From Clostridia bacterium (GTDB taxonomy: Bacteria; Bacillota; Clostridia; Oscillospirales; CAG-272), in assembly GCA_017504405.1 (NCBI GenBank), contig JAFVRG010000010.1, forward strand, positions 1,883 to 65,882: DNA of 64,000 nucleotides, written 5' to 3'. This document shows positions 47,851 to 58,365 of the stretch, piece after piece. Numbering within the stretch: the first letter of the stretch is position 1; every line of letters begins with the position of its first letter. Under the pieces are notes generated by a model. It saw only the letters and a list, made by a program, of their open reading frames with translations. It did no database searches and was not told the DNA's origin. The position numbers and the translations under genes are program-made.

Positions 47851-47888
47851 AAAAAAACTAAACCTGCCACAGCTATGGCAGGTTTTTT
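47851..47888. terminator. Bidirectional rho-independent terminator
   Basis: AACCTGCCA cagcta TGGCAGGTT followed by TTTT, between the Fe-S operon (+) and the esterase gene (-). Confidence 0.85.
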
Positions 47889-47903
47889 GAATGATTGATT
47901 TTA

Positions 47904-48704
47904 TCAGTACAAATCCTTATCGAGAAAGCCCATATAGTGCAGCCAGCCCTCGAGCTCTAGGCGCCAATTGCGGTTGAGGCGGTAGGCGGGAGCGAGTCCC
48001 TGCCCGTGATAGCCCTTAGGATATACCGCCACCTGTACGGGAATGTTCAGCTCACGCAGGCGTGTTGCATATCTGTACGTATTCATTACGTTGACACCCG
48101 GGTCATCCGAAGTATGCCAGAAAAACGCCTCGGGCGTTTTCTCATCGGCAATGAACGAGGGGTCAACCGAGGGAGCGAGCTCTCTCCATCTTTCCTCACC
48201 GAGCAGATTGATATTGGAGCCCATATGAGTTACCCTTTCGTCACTCATACAAATTACGGGATAGCAAAGTATCTGACCGTTGGGCAGATAATCCTCTTTG
48301 TCGATTTCATCTATGTCCTCAAAATCTATTTTTCCGCGGTAGGTGGAAACGAGCGCTGAGAGGTGACCGCCCGCAGAGGAGCCCATAACGGCAACTCTGT
48401 CCTTATCTATTCCGAATTTCTCTGCGTTTGCACGGACAAAGCGCACGGCACGGCGTGCATCGAGCAGGGGCAGAGGAAAACGGCAGGGTGACACACGGTT
48501 CTTCACCACAAAGGCGTTCATGCCGAGTGTATTGAGAAACTGAGCATAGCCCTCTCCCTCGTGCCTTGCAAGCCCTGCGTAGCCGCCGCCGGGAAAAATC
48601 ACAACGGTTGCATCGGTTGCCTTCTGAAGTGCGGGATAAAAAGCAATTTCAGGCTCGTATACGAACTCACCCGGTGTCTTTTCCCATAGCTTGAAAATTT
48701 CCAT
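47904..48704 (-). CDS. Alpha/beta hydrolase (acetyl-esterase/lipase-like)
   Basis: VVIFPGGGY oxyanion region, GSSAGGH nucleophile elbow (GxSxG), and a C-terminal HGQG. Confidence 0.8.
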   Translation of the reverse strand: MEIFKLWEKTPGEFVYEPEIAFYPALQKATDATVVIFPGGGYAGLARHEGEGYAQFLNTLGMNAFVVKNRVSPCRFPLPLLDARRAVRFVRANAEKFGIDKDRVAVMGSSAGGHLSALVSTYRGKIDFEDIDEIDKEDYLPNGQILCYPVICMSDERVTHMGSNINLLGEERWRELAPSVDPSFIADEKTPEAFFWHTSDDPGVNVMNTYRYATRLRELNIPVQVAVYPKGYHGQGLAPAYRLNRNWRLELEGWLHYMGFLDKDLY

Positions 48705-48780
48705 ATTAAATTACCTCTTTTGTATTATTAGGTTTTAATTTACGTTGTATATAATAAAGCGATGCTTGTATTATACGGAT

Positions 48781-49914
48781 TTAATCGACACGCTCTGCGA
48801 GCTTGTTTACCCATTTGCGGTAGAATGCCTCATACTCACCGTTATCGAGCGCCTCTCTGATTTTTTCCATAAGCTCGTTATAGAAATAGAGGTTGTGCAG
48901 AACGCAAAGTCGCATACCGAGCAGCTCACGTGCCTTAAACAGATGACGGATATATGAGCGTGAATAGTGCTTGCACGCAGGACACTGACAGCCCTCGGAG
49001 ATAGGACGGGGATCGTCAAAGTATCTCTCGTTGTTTATATTCATCTTGCCCTGCCAGCTGAAAAGATTTCCGTGACGGGCATTTCTCGACGGCATTACGC
49101 AGTCGAAGAAGTCAACGCCTCTGTAAACCGCCTCGAGAATGTTCTGCGGCGTGCCGACACCCATAAGATACCTCGGCTTGTCGGCGGGCATATACGGCTC
49201 GACAACCTCGATTATGTGGTACATAACGTCTGCGCTCTCACCGACGGCAAGACCGCCGATAGCGTATCCGTCAAGGTCCATTTTCGCCGTTTCAATCATA
49301 TTCTTCACACGCAGATCGTCGTACGTGCCGCCCTGATTTATTCCGAATAGAAGCTGATTTTTATTTATCGTTTCGGGCAGGGAGTTGAGGCGAGTCATCT
49401 CATCCTTGCACCTTTTGAGCCAGCGCAGAGTGCGCTCGCTCGATTTTTTCACGTAGTCGTAGGGCGCAGGATTTTCCACGCACTCGTCAAACGCCATAGC
49501 AATGGTCGAGGCGATATGCGACTGTATTCTCATGCTCTCCTCGGGGCCCATAAATATGCGCTTGCCGTCCATATGAGAGGAAAAGTGTACGCCCTCCTCG
49601 GTGATTTTACGGAGCTTTGCAAGTGAGAAAACCTGAAATCCTCCGCTATCGGTGAGGACGGGTCGGTCCCAGTTGAAAAATTTATGAAGTCCGCCCATTT
49701 TGTAAATGAGGTCGTCACCGGGGCGGATATGAAGGTGATAGGTGTTCGACAGCTCGACCTGACAGCCTATCTCCTTTAAATCCATTGTTGAAATACCGCC
49801 CTTAACCGTTGCGCTCGTGCCAACGTTCATAAATACGGGGGTTTGTATCGTTCCGTGCACGGTTTCCATTACTCCGCGCCGTGCCCTGCCTTCTTGCTTT
49901 AATACCTTAAACAT
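48781..49914 (-). CDS. tgt: Queuine tRNA-ribosyltransferase
   Basis: TPVFMNVGT, LTDSGGFQV, GLAVGE and the zinc site CQCPACKHYSRSYIRHL. Confidence 0.95.
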   Translation of the reverse strand: MFKVLKQEGRARRGVMETVHGTIQTPVFMNVGTSATVKGGISTMDLKEIGCQVELSNTYHLHIRPGDDLIYKMGGLHKFFNWDRPVLTDSGGFQVFSLAKLRKITEEGVHFSSHMDGKRIFMGPEESMRIQSHIASTIAMAFDECVENPAPYDYVKKSSERTLRWLKRCKDEMTRLNSLPETINKNQLLFGINQGGTYDDLRVKNMIETAKMDLDGYAIGGLAVGESADVMYHIIEVVEPYMPADKPRYLMGVGTPQNILEAVYRGVDFFDCVMPSRNARHGNLFSWQGKMNINNERYFDDPRPISEGCQCPACKHYSRSYIRHLFKARELLGMRLCVLHNLYFYNELMEKIREALDNGEYEAFYRKWVNKLAERVD

Positions 49915-49946
49915 ATCTATTCCTTAACTTGTGAATGCTGTATCTT

Positions 49947-51977
49947 TTAGTTTATTCTATTGAATTCCCGTTCAATTTCTGATTTTTTAAGCTCTATCGC
50001 AACAGGTCTGCCGTGAGGGCATACCGTTATGTCGGGCATACCGAGCAGCTTCTCTATCAGCCAACAAATATGAGAGGCATCAGAGCGCTTGCCTATTTTT
50101 ATAGATGCCTTGCAGGCTATCTGATAGAGCGACTTCTCCATTCTCTGCTCCTCGCTTATCTCTGCGTCGCCCGTTCCCTCTGCCATACGGTCTACTATCG
50201 ACGAGAAAACGCCCGTTGCATCAAACGAGTCTATATTGTGAGGGTATGCGGTCAATTTCAGCCGTCCCCTGCCGTCAACGGTGAAGGAAAAGCCGAGAGC
50301 CTCCAATTTTTCCCTGTTCTCCTCGGCTACCGAAACGCCCACACCGCCAAGATGCACCTCAAGCGGGAACAAAAGCCCCTGCGATGCTACCCGTCTGTCG
50401 TTTTTCAGCGTGTCCTTCATAGCCTCGAAGTTTATGCGCTCGTGCGCCGCATGCTTATCTATCATAAGCACTCGGTCGTCGCCCTCAAGGAGCAGATAGC
50501 CGTTAAAGATTTCGCCCACGTATCTGTATTTTCTGTTTTCGTCCTCAAATATTCTCGAGCGCAGAGCCTCCTCGCTCACGTAGGGGGTGTCGCCAGCTCT
50601 CGGTATCACCCTGTCCCCTTGGTCGGGCACGCTCGGCGCAGCCCCTTTCATATCGGGCGCATCGGTTTTCGGATCGTCACTTCTCTTTTCTGCGTTCGAT
50701 ACGGCATCCCACGCAGGGGAATGAACGTACGATGTAGGAGTGTTTCTCTGCTCTGCCCGTCTAATTTCCTCAAGAATTTCAAGAGATTTTTCGGGTGTCA
50801 CCGTTTCCTGCACGCTCTGTCTGCTTGCAGCTGCTGAGTGCTTTCCCTCAGCGGTGGCTCTCATAGCCGTATCAAGAGAAAACTGACGGCTCGCCACGCT
50901 TTGTCGCTTTTCCTCTATCGGGATAAAGGAGCGTACAGGCTCCTTGACCTGAGCTTTCGGCTCAGTCATCCTCATCTCGTGACGGTAGGAAAAGCTCTCC
51001 AACGCATTTTTCACCGCATAGAAAACTGCGCTGAATACGGCACTCTCGTTTGAAAACTTCACCTCAAGCTTTGCAGGGTGAACATTGACGTCAACCAAGC
51101 GGCTGTCTATATCCACAAAGAGAATGCTGACGGGAAATTTTCCCGGCGCTATGTACGAGGAAAACGCCTGCTCGAGCGCCGCCGCAACGGTATTGCTCTT
51201 GACGTACCTCTTATTTATAAACGTATTTACGTAGTTTCGGTTATTTCTGACGTTATCGCTCCTGCCAACGTAGCCTGTCACCCTGATACCCGCATCCTCG
51301 CCCTTTACCTCTATCAGCTTTTTGGCAAAATCCTGTCCCTCAAGCGAATAGAGCGTATTGAGGAGCCGTCCGTCGCCCACGGTTGAGAATTTCAAAACTC
51401 CGTCAGAGAAAAATTCAACCGACACGTCGGGGCGTGACATTGCGAGCTTTGATACTACATTATAACAGGCGAGCGCCTCTGTCTTATCCTTTTTGAGAAA
51501 GCTGCGCCTGGCGGGGACGTTGTAGAACAAATCCTCAACTATCATAGTCGTTCCGTCCGAGCATCCTACCTCGGTTACCTCAGTAACCCTGCCGCCCTCG
51601 GAAAAGAGGGCTGTTCCCGAATCTGCGCTCTCGGTTTTTGATATAATGGTCAGCTTTGAAACTGCGGCGGTTGCGGCGAGAGCCTCGCCACGAAAACCGA
51701 GCGTCATTATCGAATCAAGGTCGCTTTTGTCGGATATTTTGCTCGTCGCATGCCTCTTTATCGCTATCGGCAGCTCCGCTCCGTCCATGCCGTGACCGTC
51801 ATCGGTAACCTTTATCATCGTGACTCCGCCGTCCTTTATCTCGGCACGGATTTTCTTCGCCCCTGCATCTATGGAGTTTTCAAGCAGCTCCTTTAATACC
51901 GAGGCAGGGCGGTCAACTACCTCGCCTGCGGCGATAAGGTTCGCTATTTCAAAGCTGAGTACGTTAATTTTCCCCAT
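49947..51977 (-). CDS. mutL: DNA mismatch repair protein MutL
   Basis: IAAGEVVDRPASVLKELLENSIDAG, DDGHGM, GFRGEAL and a C-terminal dimerisation/endonuclease domain. Confidence 0.95.
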   Translation of the reverse strand: MGKINVLSFEIANLIAAGEVVDRPASVLKELLENSIDAGAKKIRAEIKDGGVTMIKVTDDGHGMDGAELPIAIKRHATSKISDKSDLDSIMTLGFRGEALAATAAVSKLTIISKTESADSGTALFSEGGRVTEVTEVGCSDGTTMIVEDLFYNVPARRSFLKKDKTEALACYNVVSKLAMSRPDVSVEFFSDGVLKFSTVGDGRLLNTLYSLEGQDFAKKLIEVKGEDAGIRVTGYVGRSDNVRNNRNYVNTFINKRYVKSNTVAAALEQAFSSYIAPGKFPVSILFVDIDSRLVDVNVHPAKLEVKFSNESAVFSAVFYAVKNALESFSYRHEMRMTEPKAQVKEPVRSFIPIEEKRQSVASRQFSLDTAMRATAEGKHSAAASRQSVQETVTPEKSLEILEEIRRAEQRNTPTSYVHSPAWDAVSNAEKRSDDPKTDAPDMKGAAPSVPDQGDRVIPRAGDTPYVSEEALRSRIFEDENRKYRYVGEIFNGYLLLEGDDRVLMIDKHAAHERINFEAMKDTLKNDRRVASQGLLFPLEVHLGGVGVSVAEENREKLEALGFSFTVDGRGRLKLTAYPHNIDSFDATGVFSSIVDRMAEGTGDAEISEEQRMEKSLYQIACKASIKIGKRSDASHICWLIEKLLGMPDITVCPHGRPVAIELKKSEIEREFNRIN

Positions 51978-51980
51978 AAC

Positions 51981-54617
51981 TTAACCCTTCAGTATTTTTT
52001 TAAGCTCAAACACGAGGTTCATAGCCTCTATCGGCGTGAGTGTGTTAATGTCCGTCTCTCTGAGTCTGTCGGCAACCTCGTCGCTCTCGTGGCGTTCTAT
52101 CTGTGCAAACAAATCGGGAGCTTCGTAATCGCTCTTTACCACTACGGGCGCACCCTTTGAGCCTTCCGACTCGATTTGCGTGAGAATTTCACGGGCTCTC
52201 GACACTACCTCACGGGGCAGCCCCGCCAGCTTTGCAACCTCAATGCCGTAGCTATCATCGGTTGCTCCTCTCACTATCTTGCGAAGGAAGATAAGACTAT
52301 CCCCCTTCTTCTTTGCGGCGATATTGAAGTTCACAATGCCGTCAATTTCGTCCTCAAGCACGCATATCTCGTGGTAGTGCGTTGCGAACAGAGTTCTCGC
52401 CTTTATTTTTTTCGCCGTGTATTCGCACACAGCCTTAGCTATACTCATTCCGTCATAGGTGCTGGTGCCTCTGCCCACCTCGTCGTAAATTATGAGCGAA
52501 TGGGTGGTGGCATTTTTAAGTATATTCGACACCTCGTTCATTTCGAGCATAAAGGTTGACTGTCCCGATGCAAGGTCGTCGGATGCACCTATTCTCGTAA
52601 ACACCTTATCGGTAATGCCTATCTCTGCCGAGCGTGCAGGGACAAAGCAGCCTATCTGCGCCATAACGGTTATTATCGCAACCTGACGCATATAGGTCGA
52701 TTTACCCGCCATATTCGGTCCTGTTATCAGCATAAATTTGCAGTCGGACGTGCCAAGGCGTGTATCGTTTGGCACAAAATACGAGCCGTCAACGAATTTC
52801 TCAACCACGGGGTGTCTGCCCTCGGTTATAACCGTTATATCCGATGCGTTGACGTCAGGGCGCACGTAGCCGTTAGTCTGCGACACCTCGGCAAAGGTCG
52901 CATATACGTCCATCTCTGCGATAAAAGCCGCCGCCGCACGTATTCTGTCCGCATTTGCGGCAACGGTGTCACGGATGGCGCAGAACATCTCGTATTCGAG
53001 CGCACACACACGGTCCTCTGCCGTCAAAACCTCATTCTCAAACGCCTTTAATTCCTCGGTCATATATCTTTCGCAGTTCGTGAGCGTCTGCTTTCTCATA
53101 TACCTTGCGGGAACGAGGTCAAGCTGTGCTTTCGTAACCTCAATGAAGTAGCCGAACACCTTGTTATAGGTAATACGCAGGCCCTTGATGCCCGTCAATT
53201 CCTTTTCCTTTTCTTCAAGGCGTGCTATCCAGTCGTTGCTCCTGTCCCTGACGTCACGCAGTCTGTCAACCTCGTCGCTGTAGCCCTTATTTATAATTCC
53301 GCCCTCACGTATCGAATACGGCGCCTTATCGCTAATCGCCGAGTAAATGAGCGAGGATATATCCTCAAGGGTGTCGAGCGAGTCACGCAGCTCTGCCACA
53401 CGGGTATAGCTGACTGCGCCCAAAAGCTCCTTTATATCCGGCAGGACCCTGATGCTGTCGCCAAGGGATCTCAAATCCTTTCCGTTTGCAGTTCCGTACA
53501 CTGCCTTCGCAAGCAGGCGCTCTATGTCCAAAACAGGGGTGAGCAGGTGGCGCAAATCCGAGCGAAGCATAAAATCCGAGTAAAAGACCTCGGTGCAGTC
53601 GAGGCGTGAGATTACCGTTCTCAGGTTTATACTTGGCTTCACTATGTAGGAGCGCAACAGCCTCTTACCCATAGAGGTTTTCGTTTTGTCGAGAACGCCC
53701 AGGAGCGAGCCACGCTCCCCCCTCTGCCTGCTGTTTTCCACAAGCTCAAGGTTCTTCACGGCGCTGACGTCGAGCTGCATAAACTCACCGTCATCGTAAA
53801 TTACAAGGTCACGGGCGTATGCGAGCGAGTTTTTCGTCTGCTCGGTGTAGGTGAGCGCTGCGCCGACTGCAACAATTATTGCCTCGTTTGAAACCGAGGA
53901 CAGTCGCTCCATACCGTACGCCAGGGAGAAGCGCTCCCTCGCCATCTCCTCGTTATAAAGTCCCTTCATAGACGGCTCTATCACGACGTCGAAGCTCATT
54001 TCGGCAAAATCGCAAATATCGGCAACCGCCGCCCTGTCGGTATTCAAAAGAATTTCGGCAGGGGTGTATATTGCCAGCTCGTTTTTCACTCTGCCGTATA
54101 CGTTATCCCCCTCGATAAAGGTTGCACGTGCCGTGCCCGTTGATATATCGGTAAAGCATAGAGCTATGCCGGTTTTCGCATAGTAAAGGGCGCAGAGGTA
54201 GTTGTTTTTCGCATCGTTGAGCATCGCTCCGTCTGTAACCGTACCGGGGGTTATTATTCTGACTATATCACGCTTTACAAGTCCCCTTGCGGTAGCGGGG
54301 TCCTCTAACTGCTCGCAGACCGCAATCTTTATATTCCTGTCAACCAGACGGGCAATGTAGTCATCGGACTTATGAAAGGGGATACCGCACATAGCCGCAC
54401 GGAAGCCACCGCCGCAATCACGTGCCGTGAGCGTCAGCTCAAGCTCCCGTGAGGCAATCAGGGCGTCCTCAAAGAACATCTCGTAAAAATCACCGAGACG
54501 GTACATAAGAATATGCTCGGGGTACTCACCCTTTATCTCCACGTACTGCTTCATCATCGGTGAAGGGTTGGTAAGCTCCCCTATTTTATTTATTATAACT
54601 GCCTCGTCCTTAGCCAT
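51981..54617 (-). CDS. mutS: DNA mismatch repair protein MutS
   Basis: TPMMKQY, GDFYEMF, Walker A GPNMAGKST, STFMLEM and DEVGRGTSTYDG. Confidence 0.97.
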   Translation of the reverse strand: MAKDEAVIINKIGELTNPSPMMKQYVEIKGEYPEHILMYRLGDFYEMFFEDALIASRELELTLTARDCGGGFRAAMCGIPFHKSDDYIARLVDRNIKIAVCEQLEDPATARGLVKRDIVRIITPGTVTDGAMLNDAKNNYLCALYYAKTGIALCFTDISTGTARATFIEGDNVYGRVKNELAIYTPAEILLNTDRAAVADICDFAEMSFDVVIEPSMKGLYNEEMARERFSLAYGMERLSSVSNEAIIVAVGAALTYTEQTKNSLAYARDLVIYDDGEFMQLDVSAVKNLELVENSRQRGERGSLLGVLDKTKTSMGKRLLRSYIVKPSINLRTVISRLDCTEVFYSDFMLRSDLRHLLTPVLDIERLLAKAVYGTANGKDLRSLGDSIRVLPDIKELLGAVSYTRVAELRDSLDTLEDISSLIYSAISDKAPYSIREGGIINKGYSDEVDRLRDVRDRSNDWIARLEEKEKELTGIKGLRITYNKVFGYFIEVTKAQLDLVPARYMRKQTLTNCERYMTEELKAFENEVLTAEDRVCALEYEMFCAIRDTVAANADRIRAAAAFIAEMDVYATFAEVSQTNGYVRPDVNASDITVITEGRHPVVEKFVDGSYFVPNDTRLGTSDCKFMLITGPNMAGKSTYMRQVAIITVMAQIGCFVPARSAEIGITDKVFTRIGASDDLASGQSTFMLEMNEVSNILKNATTHSLIIYDEVGRGTSTYDGMSIAKAVCEYTAKKIKARTLFATHYHEICVLEDEIDGIVNFNIAAKKKGDSLIFLRKIVRGATDDSYGIEVAKLAGLPREVVSRAREILTQIESEGSKGAPVVVKSDYEAPDLFAQIERHESDEVADRLRETDINTLTPIEAMNLVFELKKILKG

Positions 54618-54680
54618 TGCTTTTCCCCTTAAAAGTTATATTAAATGAATTTTTGACAGCGGAGCTATTCCGCTGTTTTA

Positions 54681-55073
54681 TCAGTGACAGCCCGAGCAGG
54701 TCGAGCAGTCGTGCGTACAATTCTGAGGCTCTATGCCAAATGCGTGGCGGGCAATTTCCTGATTTATCTCTGCCATAAAATCGTTTACCGCCTTTTGCGC
54801 GTCCGCAAACGCCTTGTACTCGCTATGCTCGACAATTTCCTTGCCGAGGGCGTCCATATTTTCCTTGATTTTCTGTATAACCTCGGAGCTCTGCTCCTCT
54901 ATCTCCTTGTTAAACTCCTCAGCAAGTGCCGCACGCTGTGCGTTGTAGGACGCCAGCTTGTCCTGAAGCTCCTTGTTCGATTCGTAATCAGCCTTTGCCT
55001 TATCATAGGCGAGAAGCACCTCATCGTTCTTTATAGCCTCGCCGAGCTGCTTTGCAATTTCAATAGCCTTCAT
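54681..55073 (-). CDS. YlbF/YmcA-family regulator with a C-terminal Cys-rich tail
   Basis: Helical KAKADYESNKELQDKLASYNAQRAAL pattern typical of the YlbF family. The tail is CTHDCSTCSGCH. Confidence 0.65.
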   Translation of the reverse strand: MKAIEIAKQLGEAIKNDEVLLAYDKAKADYESNKELQDKLASYNAQRAALAEEFNKEIEEQSSEVIQKIKENMDALGKEIVEHSEYKAFADAQKAVNDFMAEINQEIARHAFGIEPQNCTHDCSTCSGCH

Positions 55074-55075
55074 TT

Positions 55076-56479
55076 TTATATCCTCTTTTCATTTTTGATT
55101 TTTCCGTATAATACGTATGCGCTTGCGCGCTCTATCTCGACGTCGAGGTATTTACCCACGTCATTTTCAGTTGCAGAAAAATGCACCAGCTTATTTTGCG
55201 CCGTTCTGCCCGAATAAATACCCATCTCGGAGCTCTCACCGTCAACGAGCACCCTAACGGTTGTGCCGACAGCCCGCTGATTTTTCTCAATAGCGATTTC
55301 GTCTTGGAGAGCGAGCAGACGGCGCATGCGCTCTCCCTTAACGCTCTCGGAGAGCTGCTCCCGCTCTGCGGCAGGCGTGCCCTTGCGTGGCGAGTAGATA
55401 AATGAATAAATCATATCAAACCGCACAAGGCGCATTATGTCGAGCGTTTTCTCAAAGTCCTCCTCACTCTCCCCGGGGTAGCCCACGATTATATCGGTGG
55501 TTATCGCTATGTCGGGGATTTTTTCACGGAGCTTTTTCACTATCGTGAGATACCTCTCGGTACCGTATTTTCTGTTCATGTCACGAAGTATTCTGTCAGA
55601 GCCGCTCTGCAATGGCAGGTGGAAATGCGGCTCTACCCTGCCGTGTGAGGTTGCAATAACGTCAATGAGCGCATCGGGCGTGTCCTTCGGGTGGCTGGTC
55701 ATAAATCTGATTATATAGTCGCCCTCCCTCTCGGTTATACGGGAGAGCAGGGTTGCAAAATCGCAGTCGCTTTTGTAGGAATTTACATTCTGACCGAGCA
55801 GGGTTATATCCTTACACCCCGTGTCGATGAGCGCATTTACCTCTGCGATTATATCCTCGCTTTTTCTGCTCCGCTCACGCCCACGAACGTAGGGGACAAT
55901 GCAGTAGGAGCAAAAATTATTGCAGCCGTACATTATACTCACGTATGCCCTGTGCGATACGTCACGCATCACGGGTATACCCTCGCACACCTCGCCTGTG
56001 TCGGTGTCCCACATAAAGCTGCGCTTGTATTTTTTATCGGAAATTTTCTGCCATACGAGCCTGGGTATCATATAAACCGAGTTCGGCTCGACTGTGAAAT
56101 CGACGTTGTGATAGCGCATTTTGAGCTGCTCTGCACGCTCCCTTTGCGCCACCATACAACCGCATATTCCTATGACGGTGTCGGGGTTTTCCGCCTTCCT
56201 GTGCTTAAGCTCGCCAATCATCGAGAGCGCACGGTTCTCTGCGTGCTCACGCACGGCGCAGGTGTTTACGATAATGAGGTCTGCCTCATCTGCGCTCTGC
56301 GCCCGTCCGTAGCCCATAGAGGCGCACAGCCCACGTATCCTCTCACTGTCCGCCTCGTTCTGCTGACAGCCGAAGGTGTAAACGTAGGCGAGCATTTCCT
56401 TGCCCCCCTCACGCCTTTTTTCGTTGTGCTTGAGCAAAAGCCCTATGTATTTTTCGTATTCGCTGTTTTTTATATCCAT
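55076..56479 (-). CDS. miaB: tRNA (N6-isopentenyl adenosine(37)-C2)-methylthiotransferase
   Basis: YTFGCQQNEADSE (UPF0004), radical SAM GCNNFCSYCIVP, and a C-terminal TRAM domain. Confidence 0.9.
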   Translation of the reverse strand: MDIKNSEYEKYIGLLLKHNEKRREGGKEMLAYVYTFGCQQNEADSERIRGLCASMGYGRAQSADEADLIIVNTCAVREHAENRALSMIGELKHRKAENPDTVIGICGCMVAQRERAEQLKMRYHNVDFTVEPNSVYMIPRLVWQKISDKKYKRSFMWDTDTGEVCEGIPVMRDVSHRAYVSIMYGCNNFCSYCIVPYVRGRERSRKSEDIIAEVNALIDTGCKDITLLGQNVNSYKSDCDFATLLSRITEREGDYIIRFMTSHPKDTPDALIDVIATSHGRVEPHFHLPLQSGSDRILRDMNRKYGTERYLTIVKKLREKIPDIAITTDIIVGYPGESEEDFEKTLDIMRLVRFDMIYSFIYSPRKGTPAAEREQLSESVKGERMRRLLALQDEIAIEKNQRAVGTTVRVLVDGESSEMGIYSGRTAQNKLVHFSATENDVGKYLDVEIERASAYVLYGKIKNEKRI

Positions 56480-56581
56480 AAAAGCCTCGTTGCTTTACCT
56501 GTATTTTTTGCCTGTTAAGTCAACCCTTCGCTTCCGTAACCGCCATCAAGGCGGAGGTGCTAAAATCGCTTGCCAATTGGG

Positions 56582-57565
56582 TTAAATTTTCTCATAGACG
56601 GTGTTGACCGTCAGAACCTCGCCGTTTTTAAGGAATATCACCGCACCCACCTCTGCGTTGTCAGAAAGGTATGCAAGCGCCTTGTCCTTGCCCATAACAA
56701 AGAGGGCTGTTGACAGCGCATCGGCGAGCGCTCCGTCATCGGACACAACCGCAACCGACAAAATATCGCTGTCGGCGCACCTGCCTGTTTTTACGTCAAA
56801 AATGTGATGATAGAGGACTCCGTCCACCGTTTTATTCCTCTCATAAACGCCCGACACCGAAACGAATCCGCCGTCAAGCGTCAGCTTGCCGTGTACCGCC
56901 GTAGGCTTTTCGGGGTTTTTGACACCCACCGAAAACGGCTCGTCACGCTCGCCAAAGACCGATATATTACCGCCGAGCGACAAAATGCCCCAGCCGTAGC
57001 CCTTTTCTGCTAAAAGCTCGGTAAGCCTCTCGGCTATATAGCCCTTAGCCACGCCGCCGAGGTCTATTTTCATACCGACAGGGCGTGTGATTTTCCCGTC
57101 AGCGAGGGTTACTCTTTCGTAGCCCACAAGGTCGAGCGCATTTTCTATCTCACTCTCGGTAGGCAGAGGGGCATCGGGGTCGTTTATCTTCCACACCTCG
57201 GTCAGAGCGCCGCAGGTGTAGTCGTACGCTCCGTTTGTTTCAGCGGCGAGGGCATGCGCCCCTAAAAGCACCGCAAACAGCTCGTCGCTGACCGCAACCG
57301 TTTCTTCGGTTGAATGATTTAATTTATACAGCTCCGAGCCCTCACGGGTTGCGGAGAAAATATCCTCGTAGTAATGTAGCCCGCTCATTACAAGCGGAGT
57401 GGCGTCACCGTCCTCGCCGTCGGAGAGGGCGGGCAGGGTAATCTCTACCAGCGTATCGAGCGCATACACCGACACCTTATGCGTTTGCTCCGAGCAGGAG
57501 GAAAGCGACAGCGCCGAGGTCAGCATAAGCAAAACCGCAAGGGTAAGCGAAAAAAATTTTTTCAT
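56582..57565 (-). CDS. apbE: FAD:protein FMN transferase (ApbE family) lipoprotein
   Basis: Lipobox LSLSSC. DLGGVAKGY and HHIFD motifs. Confidence 0.85.
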   Translation of the reverse strand: MKKFFSLTLAVLLMLTSALSLSSCSEQTHKVSVYALDTLVEITLPALSDGEDGDATPLVMSGLHYYEDIFSATREGSELYKLNHSTEETVAVSDELFAVLLGAHALAAETNGAYDYTCGALTEVWKINDPDAPLPTESEIENALDLVGYERVTLADGKITRPVGMKIDLGGVAKGYIAERLTELLAEKGYGWGILSLGGNISVFGERDEPFSVGVKNPEKPTAVHGKLTLDGGFVSVSGVYERNKTVDGVLYHHIFDVKTGRCADSDILSVAVVSDDGALADALSTALFVMGKDKALAYLSDNAEVGAVIFLKNGEVLTVNTVYEKI

Positions 57566-58365
57566 CGTTTGCCTCCGTAATGCTTTTTGAGCCTGTCCTC
57601 AACCAAAAGAAGTAAAACGCCGCTGAATGCGCCAAGGGGCACCGAGGTTATAAGTAGAACGGGAAGATAATAGATAATTCCAAACGAGGAGTACATCATC
57701 ATAGCCGCAAAAATCTGTCCTATTCCGTGCATAGCGCAGGACATAACCCCAACGCCTATTCGGCTGATTTTTTCGCCGAAAAGCAATGATAAAAACAAGG
57801 CTGAAAGCGACAGAGCCGTTCCAAAGAGCGAGAAAAGGAATGTGGACGCATTGCCAAACAGGACTGCGGACAAAACAGCACGCAAGAGCGCAACGGCTAC
57901 CGCATATTTTTTTCCGATGATGAAGAATGCAAACATTACCGCTATATTGGCAAGCCCTAATTTTACTCCGGGGAAAACCGCAGGGAAAATGAGCATCTCA
58001 ACGTAGGAGAAAATCAGCGCAATAGCCAACAGGCACGCCGTCAGCGACAGGGCGGCGGTTTTCGGGTGGCGTCTTGCTTGCTTTGCCGTGAATTGCGCCG
58101 AGCCGTTTTGTGTTCCCCCGTTGCCTTCAACAGCTTTTTTGCAGTCGCCGCCGCTGACAGAATTTGCTTCAACGCCGCATGTGGCGGTATTTGCTTCTCC
58201 GTTCAGCTCATTGCCCACAGCGGACCTTGCGGGGGTGGCGCTCTCACTTGCAACGGGCTTTGCTTTGCCGCTTCCGTTCGCAACGGTTTTTACATCAGCC
58301 CCCTGTGTGTTTTCGGGGGAAATTTTCCTTGCGCCGTCCTCACTTTGCAAACTATAGAGCAGCAT
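57562..58365 (-). CDS. Gx transporter family protein (heptaprenyl diphosphate synthase component I-like) with a low-complexity N-terminal extension
   Basis: The C-terminal ~170 aa are hydrophobic and carry PGVKLGLANIAVMF. The start is uncertain: the longest ORF (58413) overlaps the upstream gene by 62 nt, and the ATG at 58365 reduces the overlap to 14 nt. Confidence 0.55.
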   Translation of the reverse strand: MLLYSLQSEDGARKISPENTQGADVKTVANGSGKAKPVASESATPARSAVGNELNGEANTATCGVEANSVSGGDCKKAVEGNGGTQNGSAQFTAKQARRHPKTAALSLTACLLAIALIFSYVEMLIFPAVFPGVKLGLANIAVMFAFFIIGKKYAVAVALLRAVLSAVLFGNASTFLFSLFGTALSLSALFLSLLFGEKISRIGVGVMSCAMHGIGQIFAAMMMYSSFGIIYYLPVLLITSVPLGAFSGVLLLLVEDRLKKHYGGKR